A stretch of 64,000 bases of DNA from Eledone cirrhosa (GCA_964016885.1 OZ024743.1:118854001-118918000); one strand, 5' to 3'. Counted from the stretch's first letter, positions 12,570 through 27,309 are shown. Numbers and translations are program-made. The notes: a model not told the origin generated them from the sequence alone.

Positions 12570-14020
12570 GTTTCTTTATTAACCATAGAGGGTTCATATG
12601 ATAAAAACATCAAGGAGGTTCATAGGACGGTTCAGTGTTGATTTTGGCGTGTAAAAAAATCTTAATAAAAACAAGGGAACACAGAAAAACATGTAAAGGT
12701 TTCAAACAAATAAATTCTCCATGAGTAGGAGAGAGTTCTGACAGTCACAAATGGGGAAAGCCGACACAAATCCGTGGTCGCCCTGAAACTGGGGAAGGTC
12801 CTCCATTTCAGTTGTCCTACACGCTACATGTGCACTCTCAGATCAGACACTTTAACTCGGGCCATACTCGCCACACACGCCGACCTTTCAACAAACTGGT
12901 TAGAAGGTAGCACTTCGCTCTCCAACCTGATTTTCCACTTCAAGTGAAACCTGAAATAGTAAAACCTTCAAAAACGATGTTTCCCCATCACCACCATACA
13001 GATAAAAAAATTCTTGCACTGCTCTGTTAAAGGAAGACGGTAGGGCAATCCTGACGTTGGATCTTACAGGCAGGTGTTCAACATACACACACAGGTCAGT
13101 AATACTCGGACATTAGAGGTGTACGTGCAAAGAAGGCTTCATCGTCCTGCATATATATCGGACGGGCCCGGCTGACGGCACTTCCTTGTATATCAAGTTT
13201 ATCTCGAAATGACAACGCTCACCGGTAGCACTGCGATTTCAGGGATTTCTCGTAGTTAACTATTGACCCTAAACTGAAATTCCTCCGGAAAAGAGCAGCT
13301 ATTGAATAGTCGTCGTCGCCTTGATTCACCCTAAGAACGTCATTGTTTTTACTCGCCACTCATCTTTTATAGAACGCCAAGGTTGATTTTCCAACGATCG
13401 CAGTGCCAGATTGGCCGAAGGCTGTGAACACTTGAAGACATTCCAATTTCCACACGCTTACTCTCGGTCTTCGCTTGACTAGGACTGCACATGTGTCAAG
13501 AAGACAAGCTGCGGAAATACGTGCCTAGCAAACGGCGACCACTCCTATTTATAGTCAAGGTAAGCTGCAGATGGCGTAGCCTCAGCTTATGTCTGTGCAT
13601 CATCGGCCAAAGTATGCCAAGTCCTCCACGCAGTGGGGGCTTGCAGCAAATGGACCCCTGACCGTTGGTACGCGTTCCTTCCACAAACAAAAACGAAAAG
13701 CAAACGCTCCGGTGCGGCCAATTTATGAGTGAGAGTAGCCATAGTCGTATTTATCTTGTCTCAGTTTTTTTTCCAATTGCGGCAAATTAGACCCCGAATA
13801 ATTTAACAAATCCGTATGTCCAGAAATCGATGACGCTGTTAAACTTTTCTCTCCAGTACCTAGACGCAGGCCCACCGACTTTTCCTGGTTAATGTGTTTT
13901 CCTGTTATCGCTTGGTAAGGTTGGATGATGCGAACCGAGATATTCCTGAAAAAACAAATGACGGAAAAGACAAAGGTTGATTTATTCTGATCGTGTGTCT
14001 GTGCGACCAACTTTTACTTA
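12570..14020 (-). mobile_element. L1/Tx1-like LINE 3' remnant
   Basis: Minus-strand fragments GSICCKPPLRGGLG..HKLRLRHL and CPSITDLCVYVEHL; 3' end near aataaagaaacc (~12570). Multiple stops. Confidence 0.75.
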
Positions 14021-14280
14021 AGGCTAAAAGAGCAACAACATTCCCTTCAACACTACTGAATATTTGAAATATACAAAAGGCAGAAAATATGTGTGTGTGT
14101 GTGTGTGCAGTGCTTGTGTGTGCATTTGTGTGGTCGTCTATGCGAATTTATAGATATATGAACAAGGATGTGTACATACGTATGTGCTTAGAAACCATGT
14201 GAGACATAGGCCCTTATTTTTATTCCCAGATGTTTTCCTCGTTTATGTCAATGATATTAAAACTAAATAAGAATAATAGT

Positions 14281-14407
14281 GAGAAGAAGAAGAAGAAGAA
14301 GAAGAAGAAGAAGAAGAAGAAGAAGAAGAAGAAGAAGAAGAAGAAGAAGAAGAAGAAGAAGAAGAAGAAGAAGAAGAAGAAGAAGAAGAAGAAGAAGAAG
14401 AAGATGG

Positions 14408-14440
<33 letters not shown>

Positions 14441-14460
14441 GGGGGAGGAGAAGAAGAAGA
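14281..14460 (+). repeat. (GAA)n then (GAT)n microsatellite
   Basis: Direct reading. Confidence 0.95.
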
Positions 14461-14867
14461 ATGAAGAAGTGAACGAATGGAATTGTGGTAAGATGAAAAT
14501 TCTCTGTTGGAATCCCTCGAAAGGAACAAGTTGAATAGATTTAAGGCAAGTTTGCGCAGCTTAATTTTTGTAATAGTAGAATTATAATGGCTCTCAATTG
14601 CTTCTTTGGTTCCATGTTGTTTAACGGAAGGAAAAGCAATAAAGGAGTAGGGTAGTATAACTCTTCACCAGAATGAAATTCTTACAATTGAAAACCTATT
14701 AAAAGGTAGGTCGCGAGTGACAAAAACCTCGTGTAATCTTTCTAGATTTACACTGATAAGAATATGAAAATAATCATGAAAATATGTAGGAATATTACTA
14801 GAAGTATGCACATATATATAAATACATACATATATATATATATGTGTACACATAGGTATATGTGTAT

Positions 14868-14937
<70 letters not shown>

Positions 14938-14959
14938 CTGTCTGTGTGTGTGTATGTAT

Positions 14960-15210
14960 GAAGGCACATAGCTTAGTGGTTAGTTCATTGAATTTAAAAT
15001 CATAAGGTTGCTCCAGTTCACTCGTGTGCCAAGCTGTATCGGCATTTGCCTTTGCCTTAGACGATATCGGTGGCATGGAGAAGGAAAACTGCTATGTATG
15101 TGTGACTGCTGCTCTTCCACAATCAAACTTTTCTAAACTTGTACCGCGTGGGGGAGGATTTCTTGGTGCAAATCCCATGAATATTCATGAATGAAGGGGA
15201 CCCTTTACCC
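14960..15210 (+). mobile_element. tRNA-derived SINE (second family), internally deleted
   Basis: Head gaaggcacatagcttagtggttag; tail ggtgcaaatcccatg...gggaccctttaccc followed by (TA). Confidence 0.5.
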
Positions 15211-15316
15211 TATATATATGTATTATATAGATATATATAACAAAGAAAGTGTGGTAAGATACCAGCTGGACCATAACGCACCAGAGTACTCGATACTTAG
15301 AGTAGATGTGTGGGTA

Positions 15317-15447
15317 ATAGGAAAAGAGTCAAGACCCCGACGGATGGTCTCCGGCCGTTTCGACAGCAAGATCCGAACTAAGCCAGTTCGGATCTAGCTG
15401 TCAAAACGGACGGAGCTCAGCCGTCGGTGTCCTGACTCTCTTCCTAT
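15317..15447. repeat. short fold-back element (~63-bp imperfect arms)
   Basis: ataggaaaagagtcaagaccccgacgg...gatccgaact / agttcggatc...ccgtcggtgtcctgactctcttcctat. A related non-folded copy is at ~53745-53860 (agagtactcgatactt...gacccgacggatg...gccgtttc). Confidence 0.8.
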
Positions 15448-15469
15448 ATATATATATATATATATATAT

Positions 15470-16556
15470 ATGAATAAATTTAGTCCTTCGTCAGTGATCT
15501 TCCAATCTTCATTGGTATTTCATCGCTTTAAAGACCTTATACCTCCGGTTGGTGCGAGCAACGGCTAAAGAAAGTCGTTGGGACACGTAAATAGGGGGAA
15601 CGGGCGAGACAGTAAACAATCAAAGATGGTAATGCAACGAAAAGGGAGGTAGAAGGAGTCAAGTCCCTGAAATCGATGAACATATGTTCTGTGAAATCGT
15701 AGACCATACGACCTGACGGGTCACAGCGGAGGAAATTATATGTTTGATCGTTTACTGTCTCGCCCTTTCCCCCTATTTACGTGTCCCACCGACTTTCTTT
15801 AGCCGTTGCTCGCACCAACCGGAGGTATATGGTTTTTAAAGCGATGAAATACCAATGAAGGTTGGAAGATCACTGATGAAGGACTAACTTTATTCATATG
15901 TAACCCATTTGCAACCACGCAGCACGCCATGTTTTCATATTCATATATAATTTCCTCCGCTGAACGTCAGTTCTTCTATACTGCTTCACCTTTTCTCTGT
16001 ATATCTAACTCTACACTAACAGTACACCACAACAAAGAAATCACTATAGCCACTACCTCACATAAACTCCCTCTCAACTCTCCTCCCGTTTGACCTGTGC
16101 GAGATCTTCTCACACGCACCTTCGACCAGGTCGTATGCTCTTTATTCTCTCTCGTCTACGATTTCACAGAACTTATGTTCATCGATTTCATGGACTTGAT
16201 TCCTTCTTCCTCCCGTTTGATCTGTGCGAAATTCTTACCTTACTCACATTTCGACCAGGTTTGATGGTCTTTATTCTCTCTCGTCCACGATTTCACAGAA
16301 CTTATGTTCATCGATTTCAGGGACTTGACTCCTTCTTCCTCACTTTTCTTTGCATTACCATCTTTGATTGTTTACTGTCTCGCACGTTCCCCCTATTTAC
16401 GTGTCCCAACGACTTTCTTTAGCCGTTGCTCGAACCAACCGGAGGTATATGGTCATTAAAGCGATGAAATACCAATGATGGTTGGAAGATCACTGATGAA
16501 GGACTAAATTTATTCATACGTAACCCATTTGCAACCACGCAGCACGCCATGTTTCC

Positions 16557-16560
<4 letters not shown>
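15470..16560. mobile_element. PLE-like composite: one inverted and two direct ~200-bp pLTR-like repeats plus a 2x ~126-bp tandem
   Basis: 15470-15705 is inverted relative to 15743-15897 and 16285-16517. 15743-15940 is direct with 16363-16560. Tandem unit at 16081-16342. (TA)n at both ends. Confidence 0.75.
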
Positions 16561-16601
<41 letters not shown>

Positions 16602-16602
16602 C

Positions 16603-16637
<35 letters not shown>

Positions 16638-17044
16638 TGTATTAGTGTCTGCCGTTCTGTTTATATTCAAAAACTAGAGCAAGAACGACGGTGTTATTCT
16701 ATTTACATGGCTTAAAAGGCTGTTTGTATAATTGCAAACGAATCGAATATTCTTATTAATGTTCGAAAGGCTCAGATTTATATTTCTTGTATTCAGCCAT
16801 GTAGAGCGATAAAGCTATTTGTTACTTATTTAAATATGGCAAAGCCGGCCATTAATCGCTCATATACATGAAACTGACTGGCCTATCTGCTGATATGAAA
16901 ATCTGGCTGATCAGTGGATCTGTTAATATGCAGATGTGACTGACAAGCTGATCAGCTAATATGCAAATCAGGCCGATCAGTCACTGTATATTCCAGAAAA
17001 TATATATTTTCACTAGCTCTGACAATTGGCAGGTAAGCAGTGTA

Positions 17045-17090
17045 CGGTACTGCTGAAGAGTAATCACACAGAAACATTAGTGTCGCCGTT
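17045..17090 (+). ncRNA. degenerate hammerhead motif in a pLTR-like repeat
   Basis: CTGAAGA-gt aatc ac(aca)-GAAA-CAT TA GTG-TC. Cores and stem III are present; stems I and II are poor. The downstream part (17076-17125) is directly repeated at 16641-16692. Confidence 0.5.
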
Positions 17091-17172
17091 CTGTTTATAT
17101 GCCGACACAAGAGCAAGAATGACGGGGTCATTTTGGCCCTTTACGTTCTGAGTTCAAATTCCGCCGAGGTTA

Positions 17173-17205
<33 letters not shown>

Positions 17206-17610
17206 CGTGTTCCATCTGGTTGTGTTGAGGCTGATAGCGTTGTTAGAATTCAATGTGTCCTTGGAAAGATGGCTGCAACGAGATTAGGCATTGTGACCGG
17301 TAGGTTTTGTGGAAGGTGATCACCGCTTAAGGTATCCTCAAAGAAGATCCGTCCAGGTTACCGGGTCATTTACATGTATGTGTTTGTGCAAAGAACAATG
17401 GAAAATATACGGAAGTCAGGCGTTGGTAGTTCATTGTTTTACGATCATTTCAGCGGATCGATTGATCATTAAGATCAGTATATCACCTAGCATTGTAGTG
17501 AATAAGCTAGTATCTATTTCTAGTGTCGAAATCCCTGTTCAATCTCCGTATATGTATACGGCCGATTTATCAGGGATTTGGACACTAGAAATGTATATAT
17601 ATAAATAAAT

Positions 17611-17928
17611 TAGGTAGGAACATATGCTTACGCCGTATTTGACTAAATAGAATTAGTCTGTTTTGATGTAAAAAAAACCTGTGAATTAAAGAAAACAGGG
17701 ATGAGTACACGGACCCACAGCTTTGTTAGGCCAGACCAATGTGTTACCATTACACCAGTACGCCAGTCATGCTTCCTTTCATTCAATTAGAAGCTATATA
17801 ACCATAGCAGGTATATATGTATATAAATATGGAGACAAATATGTGGGTTCCTGTCAATACTCATACTTTTTTCCATTCACAGGGTTTTTTTTTATCCCAA
17901 ATACGGCGTTAGCACATGTTACTACCTA
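17611..17928. repeat. imperfect inverted repeat enclosing a tRNA-like head
   Basis: taggtaggaacatatgcttacgccgtatttg...aaaaaaacctgtgaat (17611-17720) vs attcacagggttttt...caaatacggcgttagcacatgttactaccta (17842-17928). Internal minus-strand ggcgtactggtgtaatggtaacac is A-box-like. Confidence 0.7.
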
Positions 17929-17975
17929 ATTTTCAAACTCGCTAGCCGTTTCTAAACAAAGCTTGCTTTGTGTCT

Positions 17976-18044
<69 letters not shown>

Positions 18045-18100
18045 CACACACACACACACACACACACGCGCGCATGCACGCACACATTCGCACACACTCG

Positions 18101-18144
<44 letters not shown>

Positions 18145-18147
<3 letters not shown>

Positions 18148-18458
18148 GAGGTTTGTCCCAAAATGAAAAGTACTGATTTTCCTATACAGGACATAGTGAA
18201 ACAGGACGTCGTTATGTCTTGGTTTTGACCTTGTTTGACGTACATACTTGTTTCAACACGATCGATGGAGTCAATCGTGAGTTATTGCTCTTTATGTAGA
18301 GACGTGTTTATAATTTCTGACCGTTTCCAGGAAAATATCGAACAACGGTACATGATCAAATATTGTCTGAAACTCAACAAATGTGCCACAAAATATTTAA
18401 TTCGTTAACACAAACTTATGGAGTTGCCACTCTGACGAGAAGTAAGGTTTTTAAGTGG
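18145..18458 (+). mobile_element. mariner-type DNA transposon 5' fragment
   Basis: TIR-like cgaggtttgtcccaaaa after (TA)n. 18340-18458 reads EQRYMIKYCLKLNKCATK..TQTYGVATLTRSKVFKW (mariner N-terminal HTH) with a frameshift. Truncated by a SINE 3' part (18460-18558). Confidence 0.8.
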
Positions 18459-20008
18459 GTCGATAAAATAAATGACCAGTAACGCAATGGGGTGTATTTA
18501 ATCGACTTTCCCCTCTTCCCAAATTGCTGGCCCTGAGCCTATAATAGAAATCATTATTTGTATGCAGTTGTTATTAACGATGTTTAGCTAAAGTTGATAT
18601 TGCAAGTGAGTAGAAGAGGAAATGGCATAATATTAAATTGAATATAGAAAGACGTGACAAGCAATGAGACTAGATGCAGTAGCAATAACAAATGAAACAA
18701 AAATAAACAACAAAAAGACTACCGCAACCAAAAACAACAACAATAGCAAGAAGTACCCTAAAACAATCGCATTAACATCAAAGATGTTTATACATATATA
18801 TAGACATGCAGCAACACAACCAACATCTTTCACAACCACCGCTTCTCTGAGATGGGAAAAGAAAAAATAGAGAAATAAAAATACAGTTTCTGCATAAATT
18901 TCCTTGTCTAGTATTGCTCAGATCAAATAATTTTAATATAGGAATGCCTGTTGGGCGTAATATCGGTGTTGAAGAAATTCGATTTATTTGGAGCCACAGG
19001 TAATAAAATGCAGCCTGTTTCACCATTTGATAATGTCCCCGATTGAAGATAACGGAAAAAAATTTCCCAGCAGGATTTAATATCTAAAGTCTAATGCCAA
19101 GTTTTAATGAATGCCAATGTACTGCACCATTTGAGATCTTGTGGTCCACTTTCTTGCTGTCGTTTATTATTTTTCTGTTGTTATTGTATTGTTTTAGATG
19201 TTTATTCCACTGGGGGAGATTGTCAAAATGGTAGTAAATCGTTCTAAACGTTTTCCAGTATATTGTTGCATTATTTTTTGTGTGTGTGTGATTTTTACGG
19301 CTAATTTCTCTCTTCTTGGACTTTTGTTATTTATTTTTATCTCTTTACATTTTATAAAGCGAATACCAGTTATATTGGTTTCTCTTTTATCGGCCGTGCT
19401 TATTTCTATTATTTCAACAATTAGACTAAGACATATTTATCAAATCAGTAGTATTATTTTGTTATTATTTTTCTTATTGCAGTTAGATATAAGGTATGGA
19501 ATCAGTTCTCAATTCTTTGTTAGATTTATAACTTTACATGAGTGGTTCTTAATTAACGTTATGCGTAGTATTTTGCAAAATGAATGTTATTACCAATGAA
19601 TTCGTGTATGATATTTTAAACTAATGAGCGTTTAATATTCCCAATTATTTTGATACGTCTGTTGAAGCTAAGTAAGCTAAATCAAGATGAGTTGAACGTG
19701 TTAGGTACTCAATATACGTAAGTAGAATAAAAATTTACAGCCAATGTTAAGATCAAACGAATAGAAATTACACTTCAGTTTTTCAGTCAATCATTAAATG
19801 GCTGGTTACTCAGCAATTGTTGACGTAAAGTTAAATACATCCGGATTTGAAATAGTTGGTTTGCCATTTAACATTTTATTGCTTCGTACGGTTGCTGCCG
19901 CCTTGGAGATTACGTTCACGTGCAGAGTGAATGATAATGCAATCATATAAAAATAGCAAAGACAATGTAATAAGCGATGCGAGCGAATTAGCAATAAACA
20001 CAGGAATT

Positions 20009-20040
<32 letters not shown>

Positions 20041-20647
20041 ATATATATATATAAAGGGAGAGAGAGGGGAGTGCAAGCGAGCGAGAGAGAGTGTGTGTGT
20101 GTCAACGGATTCCATGAATTACCTAGATTTGTTGTATGTTTCTATCTAATTTGCCTATTTCTAGAACTAATCTATTTTATAGATAGATAGAAAGAAATAT
20201 AGATGCCTTTGAAGCCAAATGTCCAATAAAAACTCACTTTCCTTAAAGCCTGTGCCAGAGAAAGGAAAAACATGAAGCTGCCTCGTTAATATAGCCACAT
20301 AATTATCTACAACCACAGTAGATATAAAGTAGTAGGTAACTATTGCATAAATTGCATGCATTACAAATCGTCCTTGCTTTATAAAATACATACATAGCAG
20401 GAGGAATGTCTTCTGGGTATAGATATAAATACCAAAGAATGTATTCGGTTTCAATTAGAGTTTAAATCAGTTTGCTCCAACTGAGCGATTAATACTTTAA
20501 GTAAACAATACTCATCAAAACTAATATTTCCATTCCTTTAAATCGTTTATAGATTCAACAGCAATGGATATCAGAAACATTCTTGTTAGATCATACCCAA
20601 GCTTAACAATGGAAAGTAATCATAAAAGTATGCAAACTTTGTAACAT

Positions 20648-20768
20648 AATGGTTTCTGATTTAGGCAGAGGGCCAACTATTTTTGGAGAAGGGGAAAGTC
20701 GACTAAATCGACCCCAATGCATTACTGGCACTTTATTTTATCAAACCCGTAATGGTGAAAGGCAAAGC
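20648..20768 (-). mobile_element. main SINE, 3' part
   Basis: gtcgactaaatcgaccccaatgcattactggcactttattttatc...gaaaggcaaag. Confidence 0.8.
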
Positions 20769-21659
20769 TATCTTTGTACCATAATCAAACAACATTATGT
20801 TGATTTATGCATCAAAATACAAATAAGTAAATTTATAGAAAGTGTAATTTTCATGGGTCCCACTGGTGTACATAATATGAGGATATATAATAACTTGAGT
20901 TATGTTGTGCAATCGTAGTCACCCGTAAGAGATAGAAAACGTGGCTCCAGCTCCCTTAATCAGCATATTTATCTTTTCTGGCTAAAATTGCTACTTTTAG
21001 TGTCTAATATCAATTCTTCCTCTTGTCATATTAAATTAAGCTGAAAGCATATATCGCCATTTTTATTTATATATTCATTTTTCCATCGTTAAAACAATTT
21101 AGATGTAGGACACATAATTTCTTACTATGCGTAAAGAGATATTATCTATTATTGAAGGAAAGAGTGCATTATCCCCTCAGAACGTGAATATTTAGCCTCA
21201 AATATGTCTATGAAAATCCAATGATTTATTTTAGACGAAAGGATTCAATTTCTGGTCGTGCAAAGTAAGTTTTAACTCATTCCTCTTTTTTAGTTTTGGT
21301 ATAATCGTAACAACCACAGTCTTGCATATGTAATTATGTTACAGTTTATTTAGCCCAGGATTTGAACGTTTGATTTCAAATCTTGTGTTCAATAAGATAT
21401 AGTTTCAATCATGTTCACAGATATAAACACAGGTTTAACATATTCGTTTTACAACCACGTGGATCTAAGTTGATTCCCATCCTTGATAATAACTTAATTT
21501 GGTGAGAAGCCAAGATTAGAGCCAGTTTTCTAGTCAGCGGCATATACAATTCGGTTTCAGTCTTAGTTATAACAATTTTCTGTTTAATGTTAGAGACTTA
21601 AACAAAAGGATGATCTCTATGCAATTTCATTTGTGTTCTTTAATTATTTACTTGCAATG

Positions 21660-21812
21660 CCCCTTTACGTTCTGAGTTCATATCCTGCTGAGGTTAACTT
21701 TGCCTTTCAACGGTCGATAAAATAAAGTACCAGTAATGCACTGGAGTCGATTTAATCGACTTTCCCCTTCCCCCAAATTACTGTCCTTGTGCCTATAGTA
21801 GAAATCATTATT
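21660..21812 (+). mobile_element. main SINE, 5'-truncated
   Basis: gttctgagttcatatcc...tttgcctttca...gtcgataaaataaagtaccagtaatgcactgg. Confidence 0.85.
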
Positions 21813-23312
21813 TACTTGCAATATCTCATTGATTCGGAAGAATTGAGTTTGTATCATATAATGTGCATGCCTTTATGAAATAAAGTGTCTTGGTAAATTG
21901 TAAAAGACATCTCCCTCTGTTATTGTCCCTCACATTATAATCTCGTCTAAGCCGTTCAATTTATAAAGTCAATGCCAACGAATGCGACAAACGAAGAGAA
22001 TTTTTTAACTGGATGCATATAAATATAGTTTTCACACTGTCGCAACATGTTTTACAAATAAACGTACCTGTAATATTACAAAATCATTCATAAATGACAT
22101 CTACAAAATTTGCTCTTTTGGTTACATATCAATTGACTAAATAAAAGTAGATCTATTTTCGCTAATGCTTGAATGCAGAGGGCGCAGTGAAATAAATATA
22201 AACTTTCGATGCGCTGTGTAAGTAACTTGATTTTGATAGTAAATGCAACAATCTTCTCATTCTTAAGATGTTAATATCGTTAGATATATAAAGGCTGAGG
22301 AGTTTGAAACTTCCTTCGCATTCATAGGAGAACATTGTGTCAGTAATACAAAGTTCCAATATTACCAAATACTCTGCTACGTCGGTTTCGGCTAATGATT
22401 TACAGTAAGGTTACACATGTCCGTGGAATCTTCGGTAATTTACACATTAAGTCAGATGTTCAGTTGATCGTATAAACGTTCATTGCATAAAGGGTTGGAG
22501 GATGCATTATCAACGTTTCCTTACCTCTTTCTCATTTACTTGAATTTTATAAATATAATCTATTGTCAAAAATCTGTTGATAGAAGCCGAGGACTACAAA
22601 GAGTTGTATAACAGATTCTGGATGCTGTCTACTTCACCTGTGTAAATATTCATAATATATCTAAATAGCAGAAAGAGTGATTATAGCTGATCTTAGCTCC
22701 ATTTGAATAAATCAAAGCTTGAGGGTGCTGCTTCGAATCACACCAACTTCAATTTTACTTTTTATTATTTCAGAGTCAATGTCAATAACATATGAATTGG
22801 CAGTTTCTGATGACGATAAAAACAGCTTTCAAGCTGATATGAGATATCTACATGTCCTTGTCCGAATGGCTATTCACAAATCAGTAGGTATACACATACA
22901 AGGCCTAGGGTGGCCTACCGTAGGCGTACAATAATGCACCACATCCGAAAGAACGTGTAATATAGGGTCTGTTGAAATTATGCTTCCATAAAGATTAATC
23001 AAATACAAAATATTTAGATGTATGGTTAATTATATATCTTACTGCATTAAACTGTTGTGAATGTCACATACAGATCGAATTAATATCAATCTCTTGAATC
23101 CATATGTTCATTCATTTGAATGCATAGTGGTTGCTTAGTTCCGACTAATATGGAGATGCCAACTTGTAAATTTAAGTTTAAAAAACAATCTTTTATTTAT
23201 AGCGTTTATCTGACATTTTATCTGACATTTTGACGCCTGATGGAGTTTGCCTCGTGACGTAGGATGTGTTGGGCGTTTACTCCTGATCAAACCCATCAGT
23301 CTCCAGCTTTGA

Positions 23313-23384
23313 TCAGCCAATTTCTGCCAGTGAGAAAGACAAAGAAATGATAGACAGTGAAGAAGAACCAGCTCTAGTGCTGGA
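23313..23384 (-). CDS. candidate alternative distal terminal exon (SSTRAGSSSLSIISLSFSLAEIG*)
   Basis: Acceptor gattttctttttccag| at 23385-23386. It is phase-0 compatible with the internal donor CCG|gtaagc at 34293 and is followed by several kb of repeat-poor sequence. No homology recognised. Confidence 0.35.
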   Translation of the reverse strand, partial: SSTRAGSSSLSIISLSFSLAEIG

Positions 23385-24927
23385 CTGGAAAAAGAAAATC
23401 AAATTGACCTAATGTTTTATTTAAGTAAATAAAATAAAACATTTAATCCAGTGACCTAATTTCAACCACCCTCTATTCCCAATATAATATTTCTTTTTTC
23501 AATTCCGAGCCAAAGCTGTTACTCGATTTATTCTAAATAACAACCAAATATCGTTGAAATAAAACATCAGTGACCTAAATCCGGAAGGACTCATGGAATT
23601 ACGGAGTCCTTTCAATTTAGCCATTTCTATTCTAATATGGATGAAGTTTCTGAAAGGCATTTCCTCCTCTACATCGGTGCAGACATACCAGCCTATGGTA
23701 GCCAAACGCTTTTTTTAACGGGGTACTTTTTGGGTGATAATAAGTTTGCTCAATCGAGGTTTGTCTAATCGACAACATCGTTTATAGTTTTAGAGAGACT
23801 GCAGAAAAGAAAACCAATGCAACTAAAAGAACTGCTTCTTGATGTCCATTAACGTAAAAGAGCAGAGGCTATCAGTACATCCCAAAGCAATTTATAGGTT
23901 TATGTTGCTAAGGTCCCTACTATTATAAAATAATTTACAACTCAGCTCTGTGGATCTAAGTCGTGTTGCAATTGTGGATTATGTGCAGGTTTTCGAATTG
24001 TGTTGTCAAAATAAAACTATTGGAGATCTCATCACACCAGTCAGTTACAAACTACTACCAAGCCTTTAGGGATGGTTAATATGTTATAAGGATTCACACC
24101 AGGGGTTCGATCTGAGTATTTAGAGATATGCCTCTTTTGTTCTGTCTCCAAAGAGTCATAAGAGTTGCCCTCATTCTCACAGCGCATCACAAAAAGAAAT
24201 GAAAACGTCATGATGAGGAAACGGGTCAGAAAGTGCTATATATAATTTTAATAGGATTAAAAAAAAAAAAAAAAAAAACAGAAAGTAAGAAAAATAACGC
24301 CAAAAACTTAGTTGTTGATTTATTTTATTTTGTGTATAACATTCTACCTTTATGATTTAAAAAGAAAAACAAAAATATTCAAAATGATTTCCAGTGCGAT
24401 TTCCCCACCCCACCAAGAAAATAAGCCGATGTATTAAGCAGAAAAAAAAAAGAAAAAAAAAACAATTAATAAAAATGAACAGAAAAAAAACAACAAAATA
24501 TCCCTCCAATTGTTTTTTTTTATTTTTTGCTTGTTGAGAAAAACCATTTTAATATATATCTTATTGAAACCTCATCTCAGATTTGAAATCAGTAGATTTT
24601 GTTCTCTTAATGTTAATAATTAAGAAACAATACACTAATGCAAGGAAGGTTAAAAACTTAATATATTACCCTTATATTTAAATTTTTCTTAAAATCAATC
24701 CTGCAAACCGTTCGGTGGAATATTTTGGCGATGACAATATTTTTACATGAATTTCGTATTTTCTGAGAATTACTGAACGTATTTTTTTAATATATTTTAA
24801 TAGAGTATAACGCAGATATCGAAGAAAATCATTATAATTTTACTTCAAATCGTACTTGGTGAAAGGATGATGGGCCTAGAAAAACAAGGAATTAATATAG
24901 CCACTGGCTTTGAAAGATTACATAAGT

Positions 24928-24929
<2 letters not shown>

Positions 24930-24983
<54 letters not shown>

Positions 24984-25513
24984 CATATATATTTATATAT
25001 ACATATATATTTATATATACATATATATTTATATATATATATACATATATATTTATATATATATATGTGTATATATATATACATATACATACATATTTAT
25101 AGGTATATATATATGTATATATATATAAATATATACATATATATATACATATATATTTATTATGTATATATATATATATACATATATATACATATATATT
25201 TATATGTATATATATGTATATATATATGTATACATACATATTAATATGTATATATACATATATATTTATATGTATATATATGTATATATATATATATACA
25301 TACATATTTATATGTATATATATATACATACATATTTATATGTATATATACATATATATTTATATGTATATATATGTATATATATATATATACATACATA
25401 TTTATATGTATATATACATATATATTTATATGTATATATATGTATATATATATATATATATACATACATATTTATATGTATATATATATATATATACATA
25501 TATTTATATATAT

Positions 25514-25546
<33 letters not shown>

Positions 25547-25928
25547 TATATATTTATATGTATATATATATATATATATACATATAAATATATATATATA
25601 TATACATATATATTTATATGTATATATATAGACATATATATTTATATGTATATATATATATGTATATATATATACATATATATTTATATATATATAGATA
25701 TATATTTATACATGTATATATATACATACATATATATTTATTTTCACACATATACATGTATATGTATATATACATATATTTATATGTATATATATATATA
25801 AATATACATATATATTTATATATGTATATATATACATACATATATATTTATATATGTATATATATACATACATATATATTTATTTGCATACATATATATA
25901 TATATATGTATATACATATATATATATG

Positions 25929-25962
<34 letters not shown>

Positions 25963-26319
25963 CATATATATATATGTATATACATATATATATATATATA
26001 TGTATATACATATATATATATATACATATATACATATACATATATATATACATATATAGAGATATAGAGATATATGTATACATATAAATATATATGGATG
26101 TATATATATATACATATAAATATATATGTATATATATATAACACATAAATATATATGTATGTATATATATATACATTTATAAATATATATGTATGTATAT
26201 ATATATACATTTATAAATATATATGTATGTATATATATATACATTTATAAATATATATGTATATATACATATATATATGTATATATATAGATGTATATAT
26301 GTATGTATATATATATATG

Positions 26320-26352
<33 letters not shown>

Positions 26353-26391
26353 GTATATATATATGTATATATATATGTATATATATATATG

Positions 26392-26434
<43 letters not shown>

Positions 26435-26510
26435 GTATAAATATATATATATATATGTATAAATATATATGTATATATATATGTATATATATATGTATAA
26501 ATATATATAT

Positions 26511-26558
<48 letters not shown>

Positions 26559-26609
26559 AAATATATATATATATATATATATGTATAAATATATATATAT
26601 ATATATATG

Positions 26610-26643
<34 letters not shown>

Positions 26644-26709
26644 TAAATACATATATATATATATATGTTTATATATATGTATATATATATGTATATATAT
26701 ATATATGCA

Positions 26710-26758
<49 letters not shown>

Positions 26759-27267
26759 GCATAAATATAAGCATATGCATATATATATATGTATAGATGT
26801 ATATATGTATGCATATATGTATAGATATATATATGTATGCATATATGTATAGATATATATATGTATGCATATATGTATAGATATATATATGTATGCATAT
26901 ATATATAGATATGTATATATATATATATATGTGTATATATGTATATATATGTATATACGTATATATATAAATATACGTATATATATATATGTATATATAT
27001 TTATATATTTATGTATATATATTTATATATATGTATGTATATATATATATATGTATATATATGTATGTATATCTATATATATGTATATATATATATGTAT
27101 ATGTATATATATGTATATATATATGTATGTATGTTTATATATATGTATATATGTTTATATATATATATGTATATAATATATATATATATAATATATATAT
27201 ATATATATAATATATATAATATATATATATATATATAATATATATAATATATATATATATATATAAT

Positions 27268-27308
<41 letters not shown>

Positions 27309-27309
27309 T

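Noticed and set aside
19198-19599. 133-aa hydrophobic ORF
   Set aside because: Product of T-rich low-complexity sequence; no splice signals or homology recognised.
23135-23320. 61-aa ORF MADQSWRL...
   Set aside because: Non-ATG start and no motif; it overlaps the candidate distal exon in another frame.
23575-23625. Hairpin ctaaat..gaaggactc/gagtcctttc..atttag as a pre-miRNA
   Set aside because: Stem is too short and interrupted, and no known mature sequence was recognised.
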